In this document: piece after piece, positions 28,052-37,746 of the stretch | Numbering within the stretch: the stretch's first letter is position 1 | How the letters are laid out: each line of letters begins with the position of its first letter | Assembly: GCA_036008805.1 (NCBI GenBank) | Contig: DASYMZ010000193.1 | Span: forward strand, 22,887 to 86,886 | Direction of reading: 5' to 3' | Origin: Gemmatimonadaceae bacterium | Lineage (GTDB): Bacteria > Gemmatimonadota > Gemmatimonadetes > Gemmatimonadales > Gemmatimonadaceae | DNA length: 64,000 bases | Translations under genes and position numbers: made by a program | Notes under the pieces: model-generated | What the model was told of the DNA's origin: nothing | The model's database searches: none | Seen by the model: only the letters and a program-made list of their open reading frames with translations

Positions 28052-28168
28052 ACCGCACCTCGGCACTCGTCCTACAAGACGGACCTCGCCGCCACCTCGA
28101 TCGCCACATGCGTGGGTCGTGCCAGCGCAGACCGACACGACACGTCCACCGCAGCCGGCGCGAGCTTT

Positions 28169-28696
28169 CTATAGCCGTTGCTCCACGATCGCCCACAGCT
28201 CGACGTAGGCGACGTCGTCGTCGAGCCGCTCGATGCACACCTCTTCACCCTCGGCGATTGCGCTGTCGTCGATGGCGCGCGCGCGGACCGTTCGATCAGT
28301 GCCGCCTTCGGTGAAGGTGATGGTTCCTTCTCCCGCTGAAGGAATGGCCGCGGACACGAATGCCACATGCCCCTGCAAGGCGTATCGGGGATCATCGGGG
28401 TCGTGCTCAGGCTGCATGCGTGCCGTGGCAACCGCGACTCGGGTGACGAGGGCGGCCCAGGCGAGGCCAAGCAGAACCGCCACCCCCGAGCCGGCGGCGG
28501 CGGACATGGTGCCATGCCTGGTGAGGAGGTAGCCGGCAACGCCGAACATGACGAGGAACGCGATGATCGCCGGCTCCGATCGCCGTAGCGGCATGCCGTC
28601 GGCCGGCCGAAGGCGCCGGCGCTCGGCCCCAAAGAACATCACGCGCACCGCCAAGAGCAGACCCGCGATGAAGGCGGCCAGAAAGAGGTAGACCAT
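28169..28696 (-). CDS. NfeD-like membrane protein (C-terminal OB-fold)
   Basis: Three N-terminal TM helices. The C-terminal LQGHVAFVSAAIPSAGEGTITFTEGGTDRTVRARAIDDSAIAEGEEVCIERL resembles the NfeD_C OB domain. Confidence 0.5.
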   Translation of the reverse strand: MVYLFLAAFIAGLLLAVRVMFFGAERRRLRPADGMPLRRSEPAIIAFLVMFGVAGYLLTRHGTMSAAAGSGVAVLLGLAWAALVTRVAVATARMQPEHDPDDPRYALQGHVAFVSAAIPSAGEGTITFTEGGTDRTVRARAIDDSAIAEGEEVCIERLDDDVAYVELWAIVEQRL

Positions 28697-28700
28697 GTCG

Positions 28701-29630
28701 TCAGCGACCGAGGTTCGTGCGGAAGAAGGCGATGGTCAGCGGCCAGGCCTGCTTTGCGGCGGTCAGATTCGCGCCTGCCTGTCCATCCTGTTGGCGCAGA
28801 AAGCCATGCCCCGCGCCGGAGAAGGTATGGTGCTCGTAGCGCTTGCCCAGTGCCTTCATCGCGGAGTCGGTCGGTGGAATGGTCGCTCCGATGCGTGCAT
28901 CCTCTCCCCCATACAGACCGAGCACCGGTACTTTGACGCTCGCAAGGGTGGCGTAGGGTGTGGGGGCCGAGCCGTAGTAGACCACGGCGGCGGACTGACC
29001 GGCCGGGCTCGCGACAGCCGAGGCGAACGACGCCGACCCGCCCCAACAGAAGCCGACCACTCCGTAGCGATTCGAGGCGGCAGGTAGGCTCATCCCGTAC
29101 TGACCAACCGCGGCGATCTGTCGCTGGACGTCGGGCGAGGCGAGTGAGCGAATGGCCGCGGTCGCGGCGGCGGCGGCCACCGTATCCGACCCGGGAGCGG
29201 AAGCGACTTTGCCGGTGAGCAGATCGGGGGCGATGGCGATGAAGCCGTCTGCGGCCAGCTGGTCGGCCACGCCGCGCACCCAGGTGGAGAGCCCGAAGAT
29301 CTCGTGGACGACAACGACGACGGGCGCCTTGGTAGACCGTTCCGGATACACGACCCACGCGCGTACGCTGTCCGAGGGTCCAGTTCTGATCATGGCGTAT
29401 TCGCCATGCCGCGGAGACCTGGAGATCCGATCAGCAACCGTCGTGGCGCCGGCGGGAATGTTGGCATCCGATGTCGCTGCCGCCGCGATCGTCCCCGACC
29501 CACCGGCATCGTGTCCGGCATGTGCGTCCGCCTCGGCGTTGTGCCGAGCACAGGCAGCGAGAGAGACGCTGGCGATCGCGATGACGCGGCGAGCGGAGGC
29601 TACACCACGAGCGGAGAGACGACGGGGCAT
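28701..29630 (-). CDS. Dienelactone hydrolase family protein (secreted)
   Basis: VVVVHEIFGLSTWVRGVADQLAADGFIAIAPDL, nucleophile region GVVGFCWGG, and GAGHGF. Signal peptide from ATG 29630. Confidence 0.8.
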   Translation of the reverse strand: MPRRLSARGVASARRVIAIASVSLAACARHNAEADAHAGHDAGGSGTIAAAATSDANIPAGATTVADRISRSPRHGEYAMIRTGPSDSVRAWVVYPERSTKAPVVVVVHEIFGLSTWVRGVADQLAADGFIAIAPDLLTGKVASAPGSDTVAAAAATAAIRSLASPDVQRQIAAVGQYGMSLPAASNRYGVVGFCWGGSASFASAVASPAGQSAAVVYYGSAPTPYATLASVKVPVLGLYGGEDARIGATIPPTDSAMKALGKRYEHHTFSGAGHGFLRQQDGQAGANLTAAKQAWPLTIAFFRTNLGR

Positions 29631-29762
29631 TTCCGGAGCTCCAGTGAGAAGACGTATCCAAGCGAAGAAATTGCGATCGGAACGATCAGCGAAGCGTCGA
29701 GCACCGACAGTGTGGAGACATCGCACGGTCATCGGCGTGACGTAAGGCGTGCTCAAGACGGA

Positions 29763-30797
29763 TCAGACGGCATTGCGCGTCTGGGTGTTCAGGAAATCGA
29801 AGATCCGCTCCTCCGCGTAATAGCGCGGCGCGAAGGGAGAAGAGCCCGAGATGAAGCCGACGTGGCCTCCGCGAAGGTGAAATTCAGTGGTCAGGCAACC
29901 GTTCTCCGACGCGACGCGCTCGACCTCGTCGAGCACGGCAGGCGGCAGGAACGGATCGTCATAGGCGCTCAGCAGGAGCGTGGGACAACGGATCTCGGCG
30001 AGAAAGTTCAGCGAGCTCGAACGCTCATAGTAGTCGTGGGCATTCTCGAACCCATGCACCGGCGCCGTGACGACGTCGTCGAACTCGTAGAGCGTGCGAG
30101 CTCGCTCCATTGCACGTGCATCGAAGAGCTCTGGATCCCGCACGAGCTTCGCCCGCGCCTTGGCCTTCAAGGTTCGCAGGAAGTGTCGCGTATATACGCG
30201 GCCGAACCCGCGTTCGATGAAACGCGAGCCGCGCTCGAGATCGAACGGAACCGAAACGGCGACCGCTCCGCGGACTTCCCGCGGCAGCCGATCCCCGCGC
30301 TCGCCGAGCCACTTGAGCAGCACGTTGCCACCGAGTGAGAAGCCGGCCAGCACGAGCGGCTGACCCGGGTGGTCTTGCACCAACCGCTCCACGACGAGAT
30401 CGAGGTCCGTCGTCTCACCGGAGTGATACAGGCGACGCGCCCTCGTCACCTCACCGTTGCAACTCCGGAAGATGAGAGCGTCCGCGCTCCACCCCAGTTG
30501 CCTGGCTCGAGCGAGTACTCCGCGGAGGTAATGCGACCGAATCGTGCCCTCGAGCCCATGGAGCACGAGCACGCGAGGGGTCGACGGCGAGGAACCGAAA
30601 CAGGCCTCGAGTCGCCGCAGCTCGAGCTCGTCGCCGTCAGGCGTCTTCCACCGTTCGATTCGTGTCTCCAACGTGGTTCGACGGACGAACTTTCCCCAGA
30701 GCGTCCGGAGGTGCGCGCCAGGTACCCACCACGCGGGGGTATAGGTATACTCGCTGGGACGGCTCACGAAGGCGGGAGGAGTCGGGTCGCGGCGCAT
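29763..30797 (-). CDS. Alpha/beta hydrolase, YheT/ABHD1-3-like
   Basis: VLVLHGLEGTIRSHY, nucleophile elbow GFSLGGNVLLKWLGE, DDPFLP and GGHVGF. Start ATG 30797 (the ORF track gives 30830). Confidence 0.8.
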   Translation of the reverse strand: MRRDPTPPAFVSRPSEYTYTPAWWVPGAHLRTLWGKFVRRTTLETRIERWKTPDGDELELRRLEACFGSSPSTPRVLVLHGLEGTIRSHYLRGVLARARQLGWSADALIFRSCNGEVTRARRLYHSGETTDLDLVVERLVQDHPGQPLVLAGFSLGGNVLLKWLGERGDRLPREVRGAVAVSVPFDLERGSRFIERGFGRVYTRHFLRTLKAKARAKLVRDPELFDARAMERARTLYEFDDVVTAPVHGFENAHDYYERSSSLNFLAEIRCPTLLLSAYDDPFLPPAVLDEVERVASENGCLTTEFHLRGGHVGFISGSSPFAPRYYAEERIFDFLNTQTRNAV

Positions 30798-30828
30798 ACG
30801 CGGCACTCCATCAACGCAACTCTCGCGC

Positions 30829-31179
30829 ATGGACGTTCAGATCTTCGGCGTCAAGAAGAATGCGGACACCCGGAAAGCGCTTCGCTTCTTCGCCGAACGT
30901 CGAGCGAAAACGCACTTCGTGGATCTGATGGAGCGGGCGGCATCGCGCGGCGAACTGCTGCGATTCGCCCAGAAGTTCGGTGTACAGGCTCTGATCGACG
31001 AGAGTGCTCGCCGATACACCGAGCTCGGCTTGCGCACGGCGCGATACGGAGACGACCGGTGGCTCGAGATCCTGGTGGACGAGCCCCTCATATTGAAGAT
31101 GCCGCTCGTCAGGCATGGGAATGCCTTGACGATCGGCGCGGCGGAGACGACGTGGAAAAGCTGGCTGCAGCAGACATGA
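30829..31179 (+). CDS. ArsC/Spx/YffB-family protein lacking the N-terminal cysteines
   Basis: MDVQIFGVKKNADTRKALRFF aligns with YffB IYGIKNCDTCKKA, but both Cys are replaced (A, R). C-terminal LIVDEPLILKMPLVRHG. Confidence 0.65.
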   Translation: MDVQIFGVKKNADTRKALRFFAERRAKTHFVDLMERAASRGELLRFAQKFGVQALIDESARRYTELGLRTARYGDDRWLEILVDEPLILKMPLVRHGNALTIGAAETTWKSWLQQT

Positions 31180-31207
31180 AGGGAACACTCGCACACGTGG
31201 GTCGATC

Positions 31208-33169
31208 GTGACGCAGGTCGCCGTGGGTGGCGCCGGCGTCGAGTTTGGCGCGACGACGCTGTTCACCGACGTCACATTCACGATTTCCGCCGGTGAACGC
31301 TGGGGGGTGGTCGGCCGGAACGGAACCGGCAAGACCACGCTGTTCAAGCTGCTCACGGGCGACCTCGTTCCCTCCCATGGTACCGTGTCGCGGCAGAACG
31401 GATTGACGCTCTCGCTGCTGGGCCAGCATCGCGACTTCGGAGCGGCGGAGACCGTCTGGGAAGCTGCGGCGGGACCGTTCGCCGAACTGCTGGCGCTGGA
31501 GCATTCGCTTGCCGAGCAGGCCCACGCCCTCGCGGAGGTCAGCGATGCCGCCGCACTGTCGCGATATGGGCGCGACCTAGAGCGCTTCGAGCGCGAGGGA
31601 GGGTACACGATCGCCCCCCGAGTCGACGCGGTACTCCAGGGACTAGGCTTCGATCACACCGCGGCTCGCACGCAGCCGCTCGAGCAACTGAGCGGTGGAG
31701 AGCGAGGACGAGTAGGGTTGGCGCGTCAGCTGGTGGCTCCCTCCGACATCCTCCTCCTCGACGAGCCCACCAATCATCTCGACCTGGAGACCACCCGCTG
31801 GCTCGAGCAGTATCTGGCCGAGAGCGACCGCACGATCGTCCTCGTGAGCCACGACCGCGCCTTCCTGGCCGCGGTCATTGATCACGTGCTCCACTTCGAG
31901 GGCGGCACGGCCACGCCGTATGCGGCGAGCTACGAGGCCTTCGTGCAGCAGCGGCAGGAACGGCGCCTCGCCCAGCAGCGCTCGTTCGACAAGCAGCAGA
32001 AGGTCATCGCGAGCGAGAGCGACTACATCGCACGCAACCTCGCCGGCCAGAACACCAAGCAGGCCAAGGGACGACGGAAAAAGCTGGAGCGCCTGCCTCG
32101 CCTGAGCGCGCCGATCGGAGAAGACGGTACGATGTCGCTGCGGTTGGAGATCGCCGAACGTGGCGGCGACCAGGTCGCCGTGGCGGAGCACGTCACGGTC
32201 TCGGTGCCGGGCCGGACGCTCATCGAGCGCTTCTCGGGGCGCGTCATGCGCGGAGACAGGCTGGGGATCCTCGGGCCCAACGGCGCGGGCAAGTCCACCC
32301 TGCTCAAGGCCCTCGTCGGAGAGCGACCCCCCGAAGCCGGCGAGCTCAGGGTCGGCAACTCGATCACGGTGGCGTACTACGATCAGCAGCTCGGCCAGGT
32401 CCCGCTCGACAAGACGCTGTACGACGCGATCTCGGACCTGCGGCCGCAGTGGGAACGCCGGCTGGTCCAGGGGCACCTCGGCCGCTTCGGCTTCTCGGGC
32501 GACGAGGTGCAGCGGAAAGCGTCGACCCTCTCCGGGGGCGAGCGGGCCCGCGTGGCGTTGGCGATGATGATGCTCATGCGCGCGAACCTGCTCGTTCTCG
32601 ACGAGCCCACGAACCACCTGGACGTCGAGACGATCGAGGTGCTCGAGGACGCGATCGAAGGCTACGAGGGCACCGTGATTCTCGTGAGCCATGACCGGGC
32701 GATGCTCCGGGCGCTCGCGACGAAGGTGTGGGTGCTGCACGAACGGCACGTCACCGAGTTCGACGGCAGCTTCGCCGAGTGGGAAGTGGTGAGCGAGGAA
32801 CGCGCGCACGCCGCCTCCGTGCGCGCGTCGGAAGAGGTGGCGCTGCGCCGGATGGACGAGAAGAAGCGGACGGCTCGTCGCGAGGAGCGTCCGGCGTCGA
32901 GCGACGCACGGCGCACGCTGCGTCAGGCGCAGGAACGAGCCGCGCTCTCGGAGCGTGCCGTCGCCGAGCTGGAGCAGGAGGTGACCGCACTGACCGCGAC
33001 GCTCGACGATCCGGAGCTCTATACGCGCTCGGGCGGGGTAGAAGAAGCACACCGGCTGGGTGCTCGTCTGGACAAGCTGCGCACGCGTCTGGACGCGGCA
33101 CTCGCGACCTGGGAGCAGGAGACGGCGTCGCTCGAATCGCTCGAGCGCGCGACCAGCACCACCCGATGA
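31208..33169 (+). CDS. ABC-F family ATPase (two cassettes, C-terminal coiled coil)
   Basis: GRNGTGKTTLFKLL, LSGGERGRVGLARQL and LLLDEPTNHLD. Second cassette GPNGAGKSTLLKAL, LSGGERARVALAMMM and LVLDEPTNHLD. No TM domain. Confidence 0.9.
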   Translation: MTQVAVGGAGVEFGATTLFTDVTFTISAGERWGVVGRNGTGKTTLFKLLTGDLVPSHGTVSRQNGLTLSLLGQHRDFGAAETVWEAAAGPFAELLALEHSLAEQAHALAEVSDAAALSRYGRDLERFEREGGYTIAPRVDAVLQGLGFDHTAARTQPLEQLSGGERGRVGLARQLVAPSDILLLDEPTNHLDLETTRWLEQYLAESDRTIVLVSHDRAFLAAVIDHVLHFEGGTATPYAASYEAFVQQRQERRLAQQRSFDKQQKVIASESDYIARNLAGQNTKQAKGRRKKLERLPRLSAPIGEDGTMSLRLEIAERGGDQVAVAEHVTVSVPGRTLIERFSGRVMRGDRLGILGPNGAGKSTLLKALVGERPPEAGELRVGNSITVAYYDQQLGQVPLDKTLYDAISDLRPQWERRLVQGHLGRFGFSGDEVQRKASTLSGGERARVALAMMMLMRANLLVLDEPTNHLDVETIEVLEDAIEGYEGTVILVSHDRAMLRALATKVWVLHERHVTEFDGSFAEWEVVSEERAHAASVRASEEVALRRMDEKKRTARREERPASSDARRTLRQAQERAALSERAVAELEQEVTALTATLDDPELYTRSGGVEEAHRLGARLDKLRTRLDAALATWEQETASLESLERATSTTR

Positions 33170-33182
33170 AGGAGATCGTTCC

Positions 33183-33947
33183 GTGACCCCGTGGGTCCAG
33201 CGCTTGTTGATCGCGAACGTCGTGATGTTCTTCGTGCAGCAGACGTCGCCGTCGGTGACTCCGCTCCTGGAGTTCATCCCGGCGCTGGTGCTCGCGCGCC
33301 CGTGGACGGTCATCACGTACATGTTCTTGCACGCCGGTCTGAGCCACATCTTCTTCAACATGCTCGGCCTGTACTTCTTCGGGCCGCGCGTAGAGAGCCG
33401 GATGGGGTCCCAGCGATTCATCGTGCTGTACCTGCTCAGCGGGTTGGTCGGCGCGCTGTTCTCTTTCTTCCTCGCTCCAGGCAGCGCGGTGATCGGCGCC
33501 TCGGGTGCGGTGCTCGGCGTTCTGATGGCGTTCGCGCGCTTCTGGCCCCGCGAGCAGCTGATGATCTGGGGGATCATTCCTGTTGAAGCGCGCTGGCTGG
33601 TGCTCATCTACGCCGCGCTGGATCTGTGGAGCGGCTTCGGCGGCTCGCGCGGCGGCGTGGCGAACTTCGCCCACCTCGGCGGCTTCGCGGGCGCGTTCCT
33701 CTATCTCCTGTACCTCGAGCGGCGTCAGGGGGCGCGGCAGTTTCAGAAGAAGGCGATCCCGAAGGTCTCGGATCCCACGCTGGGCAACTGGCGGAACGTG
33801 GACCGCGGCAGCATCCACTCGGTGAACAAGGACGAGGTGGATCGCATCCTCGACAAGATCAACGCGTCGGGAATCGGGAGCCTCACACCGCAGGAGCGAC
33901 AGTTCCTCTCGAACTTCGTGCCTCCTGACGACAGGAAGCCGAGCTGA
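33183..33947 (+). CDS. Rhomboid family intramembrane serine protease
   Basis: FLHAGLSHIFFNM, catalytic GASGAVLGVLMAF and HLGGFAGAFLY. GTG 33183 start (the ORF track's 33060 overlaps the ABC-F gene). Confidence 0.85.
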   Translation: MTPWVQRLLIANVVMFFVQQTSPSVTPLLEFIPALVLARPWTVITYMFLHAGLSHIFFNMLGLYFFGPRVESRMGSQRFIVLYLLSGLVGALFSFFLAPGSAVIGASGAVLGVLMAFARFWPREQLMIWGIIPVEARWLVLIYAALDLWSGFGGSRGGVANFAHLGGFAGAFLYLLYLERRQGARQFQKKAIPKVSDPTLGNWRNVDRGSIHSVNKDEVDRILDKINASGIGSLTPQERQFLSNFVPPDDRKPS

Positions 33948-33954
33948 AGGGAGA

Positions 33955-34938
33955 TCAGAACTCGCCGATGAAGCCGATCTCGGGCTCGAGCTGATGCCCG
34001 AGCTGCTCTTGCACGGTGCGTTGCGCGTGCCTGATCAGCGCGATCACGTCGGCCGAGGTGGCGTGGCCGAGGTTCACCATGATGTTGGCGTGGATGTGCG
34101 AGATCTGCGCGTCGCCGATGCGGAATCCTTTCAGCCCGCACTGATCGATCAAGCGTCCCGCGCCGATGCCTTCGATCTTCTTGAAGATGGACCCGGCGCT
34201 CGGATGCCACTCGAGCCAGGGATGCCGCGAGCCGCGCCAGCTCAGATTCTCCTGGAGGATGCGATGCATCACCGCCGGATCTCGTGGCTCGAGCTGAAAG
34301 GTGGCGGCGAGCACGATGTCCCTCCGATGGTGCAGGATCGTGTCGTCGTACCCGAATTGCATGTACGCCGCGTCGACGGTACGGCGCTCGCTCTCCTCGG
34401 TGAGCAGCTCGGCCGAGCGAAAGACCTCGGCGATGAACATCGTGCGCTCGCGCTCCGGAGCGGGCGAGAGAAAGTGGAGGTTCTGCCAGATGGCGCCACC
34501 AACGGTGCTCGGAATGCCGACGTAGTGCTCGAGTCCGGACCATCCGCGGCGCACCGCTTCGGGGATGAGCTTCGCCATCACGGCGCCGCTTTCCACCCAG
34601 ACGAGGCCATCGTCGTCGAAGCGGAAGTGCGACCCGACATTTCGAACCACCAGCCCGCGCACCCCCTTGTCGGCGATGAGGACGTTGGCGCCGAGGCCGA
34701 GGACGAAATACGGAACCTCGGCCTCGCGCGCGGTTAGGATGGCGTCGGCGAGCGCGTCCGCGGAATCCGCTTCGAAGAACAGATCGGCGGGACCGCCGAT
34801 CTTGAACGTGGTATAGGACGCGAGCGGTTCATCTCGCTTCAGACGAGGGCCGGCAAGCGCCGACGCGACGCGTTCGAGCGCCGCCGCCGAGATGGGTGTG
34901 GCTGACGACGCGAGAGACTCGGAGGGAAGTGTGGACAT
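33955..34938 (-). CDS. murB: UDP-N-acetylenolpyruvoylglucosamine reductase
   Basis: PLASYTTFKIGGPADLFF, FVLGLGANVL and GSIFKNP-like SAGSIFKK. ATG 34938 gives 327 aa. Confidence 0.92.
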   Translation of the reverse strand: MSTLPSESLASSATPISAAALERVASALAGPRLKRDEPLASYTTFKIGGPADLFFEADSADALADAILTAREAEVPYFVLGLGANVLIADKGVRGLVVRNVGSHFRFDDDGLVWVESGAVMAKLIPEAVRRGWSGLEHYVGIPSTVGGAIWQNLHFLSPAPERERTMFIAEVFRSAELLTEESERRTVDAAYMQFGYDDTILHHRRDIVLAATFQLEPRDPAVMHRILQENLSWRGSRHPWLEWHPSAGSIFKKIEGIGAGRLIDQCGLKGFRIGDAQISHIHANIMVNLGHATSADVIALIRHAQRTVQEQLGHQLEPEIGFIGEF

Positions 34939-34956
34939 GGGCCAGGGAAAGAAATC

Positions 34957-36372
34957 ATGAGAGTCGAGCATTCGCCACCGCGCCGTGTCGCACGTCGTGC
35001 GTGGTGCTTCAGCGTCCTCTGCATGTTGGTGGCGTTCGCACCGCTCGCAGCGCAGCGGGCCGAGCTCGAGCGACGAATCCGCCGCGACACGCTGCCCAAC
35101 GGGCTCGAGATCATCGTCGTCGAGAACCACGGCGTTCCCCTCGCCACGATCGAGGCGGACGTGCGCAACGGCTCCTTCACCCAGTCGCCGAACTATGAAG
35201 GGCTGTCGCATCTGTACGAGCACATGTTCTTCAAGGCCAACCGCGACTATCCAGAGCCGGATGCGTTCGTGGCGCGCGCGTCGGAGCTGGGTGCCGTGTT
35301 CAACGCGACCACCCAGGAGGAGCGTGTCAACTACTACCTGACCGTTCCGTCCGACAGCACGATGCAAGGCCTCGCGCTGCTCGCGTCCGCTCTGCGCCAG
35401 CCGCTCTTCCTCAAGGACGAGCTGGAGCGCGAGCGATCGGTGGTGATCGGCGAGTACGACCGCGTGGAGTCGGATCCCTACTACGCGCTCACGACCGCAA
35501 CTGGCAAGGCGCTATGGGGCAGCGCCTGGAGCCGCAAGAATCCGCTTGGCGAGCGCGAGGTCATTCTCAAGACGACGCCCGAGCAGATGCGGACGATCCA
35601 GCGGAAGTACTACGTCCCCAACAACACGGCGCTCATCGTCACGGGGGATGTGGATGCAAACCGCGTGTTCGACGCGGCGCGGCGCTACTTCGGTGAATGG
35701 AAGCGAGCGCCCGACCCCTTCACGACGGACCCGATCCCGCCCGTGCCACCGCTCACCCGGAGTGTCGGCATCGTCGTCGAGCAGCCGGTGAACACCGTGC
35801 TCGCCGAGATCCAGTGGGACGGCCCGGGCGCACACGCCGATGTCGCGGGGACGTATGCCGCCGATGTGTTCTCCGACGTGCTCAACCAGCCAGGCTCGCG
35901 CTTCCAGCGCAAGCTCGTGGACAGTGGGCTCTGGCAGTCACTCGGCGTCAACTACTACACGCTCAATCAGGTGGGCCCGATCACGATCAGTGGTGAGGTG
36001 GCGCCAGAGAAGCTGCGCCCCGCGCTCACCGCGCTGCATCGCGAGCTCGCCGAAGTGGTGAAGCCGGGCTACATCACCACCGATGCCGTGGAGGGTGTGA
36101 AGCGCACCCGAATCGTCGGAACCATGGAGAGCCTCGAGCGCTCGTCCGGGTTCGCGCACCAGCTGGGATTCTGGTGGGCCGTGACGGGACTGGACTACTT
36201 CTTCGGCTACGTGGATACGATGGGAAAGCAAACGCCGAGCGACCTACGCTCGTACGCCTCGCGCTACATCGTCGGGAAGCCGCACGTCACCGGCGTGCTG
36301 CTCTCGCCGGAGACTCGTCGCACGCTCAAGCTGACCGAGGCTGAGCTGGCCGGCACGGGGCTCGTGCCATGA
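34957..36372 (+). CDS. M16 family zinc peptidase (active-site subunit, secreted)
   Basis: Inverted zinc motif HLYEH (HxxEH) in GLSHLYEHMFFKAN. Signal peptide. 471 aa. Confidence 0.88.
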   Translation: MRVEHSPPRRVARRAWCFSVLCMLVAFAPLAAQRAELERRIRRDTLPNGLEIIVVENHGVPLATIEADVRNGSFTQSPNYEGLSHLYEHMFFKANRDYPEPDAFVARASELGAVFNATTQEERVNYYLTVPSDSTMQGLALLASALRQPLFLKDELERERSVVIGEYDRVESDPYYALTTATGKALWGSAWSRKNPLGEREVILKTTPEQMRTIQRKYYVPNNTALIVTGDVDANRVFDAARRYFGEWKRAPDPFTTDPIPPVPPLTRSVGIVVEQPVNTVLAEIQWDGPGAHADVAGTYAADVFSDVLNQPGSRFQRKLVDSGLWQSLGVNYYTLNQVGPITISGEVAPEKLRPALTALHRELAEVVKPGYITTDAVEGVKRTRIVGTMESLERSSGFAHQLGFWWAVTGLDYFFGYVDTMGKQTPSDLRSYASRYIVGKPHVTGVLLSPETRRTLKLTEAELAGTGLVP

Positions 36373-37730
36373 TGCGAGCCGCCCTGCCCCTTCTCGCCGC
36401 GGCGCTCGCGACGGCGTCCATGGCGTCGGCGCCGTCGAGCGCGCGACCGGCCCGCCTCGTGCCCGCGTCGCGCATCGCGACGAGCGCGCCCGATACCGCG
36501 ATCACGACGAAGTTCGACGTCGACGGCGTGCAGGTCATCCTGCGCCGGAACACGGCCAACGAGGTGATCGCCGCGAACCTCTACTTCCTCGGCGGCTCAC
36601 GTCAGCTGACGCCACAGAACGCCGGCATCGAAGGGCTGCTGCTCCTGGCGAGCGAGCGCGGAACCCGCCGCTTCCCCGGCGCGACCGTGCGCCAGCAGAC
36701 GGCGACCCTCGGCAGCACGATCTCCATCGAAGCCAACTCCGACTGGAGCGCGATCGGCCTGCACGCGATTCGCGACACCTTCGATTCCACCTGGGCGATC
36801 ATGGCCGATCGCGTGATGGCGCCGACGCTCGCGCCGGCCGAGGTGGAGATCGCGCGCGAGCAGCTCATCGCTGGTGCGAGACAGCGCAGCACGCAGCCCG
36901 ACGATGCGGTGGAGGAGCTCGCCGACAGTCTGCTCTACCTCAACCACCCCTACGCCCTTCCCGCCACGGGAACTCCAGCGTCGCTCGCGGCGATCACGGT
37001 TCCGCAGCTGCGCGCATACCATGCGCAGCAGTTCGTCACCTCGCGCATGCTGTTGGTCGTCGTCGGCAACGTGGACCGCGCCCGCCTCGAACGCCTGGTC
37101 CGAAGCACGATCGCGACGATGCCGAAAGGCTCGTACAAGTGGACGCCGCCGCCGATGGTCGCCCCGTCCGGCAAGGCGCTCGCGATCGACAGTCGCACGC
37201 TGCCGACGAACTACCTCCGCGGCTACGTGTTCGGTCCGCCGGCGACCAGCAAGGACTACGACGCGCTGCGCGTCGCCACCGCGGTGCTCTCTGGACGGCT
37301 GTTCACCGAAGTGCGTTCACGCCGCAACCTGAGCTATGCGGTGGAAGCTCCATTCGAGGAACGCGCCCAAGCAGTGGGCGGACTGTACGTCACCACCGTG
37401 GACCCGAACGCGGTGCTGCGGATCATGCGCGACGAGCTGACGACACTGCAGACGGAATCGGTCGACCCTGACGGACTGAAGCGATTGGAGCAGCAGTTCA
37501 TCACGGAGTACTTCCTCAAGAATGAGACGAACGCCGACCAGGCGAACGTGCTGGCGCGCGCGGAAGTGTTCGAGGGCGACTACCGCGCCGCCGACCGATT
37601 CATGGAGAATCTGCAACGGGTCACGCCGGAAGACGTGCGCCGAGTGGCGCGACAGTACCTGAAGGATTTCCGCTTCGCGTACGTCGGTGACGCGAGCAAG
37701 TTGGATCGGAGCGTGATCGCGCAGTTCTGA
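36369..37730 (+). CDS. M16 family peptidase-like protein (non-catalytic partner, no HxxEH)
   Basis: M16 fold similarity (NLYFLGGSRQ, PYALPATGT). Lacks HxxEH. ATGA overlap with the upstream M16 gene. Confidence 0.8.
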   Translation: MMRAALPLLAAALATASMASAPSSARPARLVPASRIATSAPDTAITTKFDVDGVQVILRRNTANEVIAANLYFLGGSRQLTPQNAGIEGLLLLASERGTRRFPGATVRQQTATLGSTISIEANSDWSAIGLHAIRDTFDSTWAIMADRVMAPTLAPAEVEIAREQLIAGARQRSTQPDDAVEELADSLLYLNHPYALPATGTPASLAAITVPQLRAYHAQQFVTSRMLLVVVGNVDRARLERLVRSTIATMPKGSYKWTPPPMVAPSGKALAIDSRTLPTNYLRGYVFGPPATSKDYDALRVATAVLSGRLFTEVRSRRNLSYAVEAPFEERAQAVGGLYVTTVDPNAVLRIMRDELTTLQTESVDPDGLKRLEQQFITEYFLKNETNADQANVLARAEVFEGDYRAADRFMENLQRVTPEDVRRVARQYLKDFRFAYVGDASKLDRSVIAQF

Positions 37731-37746
37731 ATCAGCGCGGCGCGGA

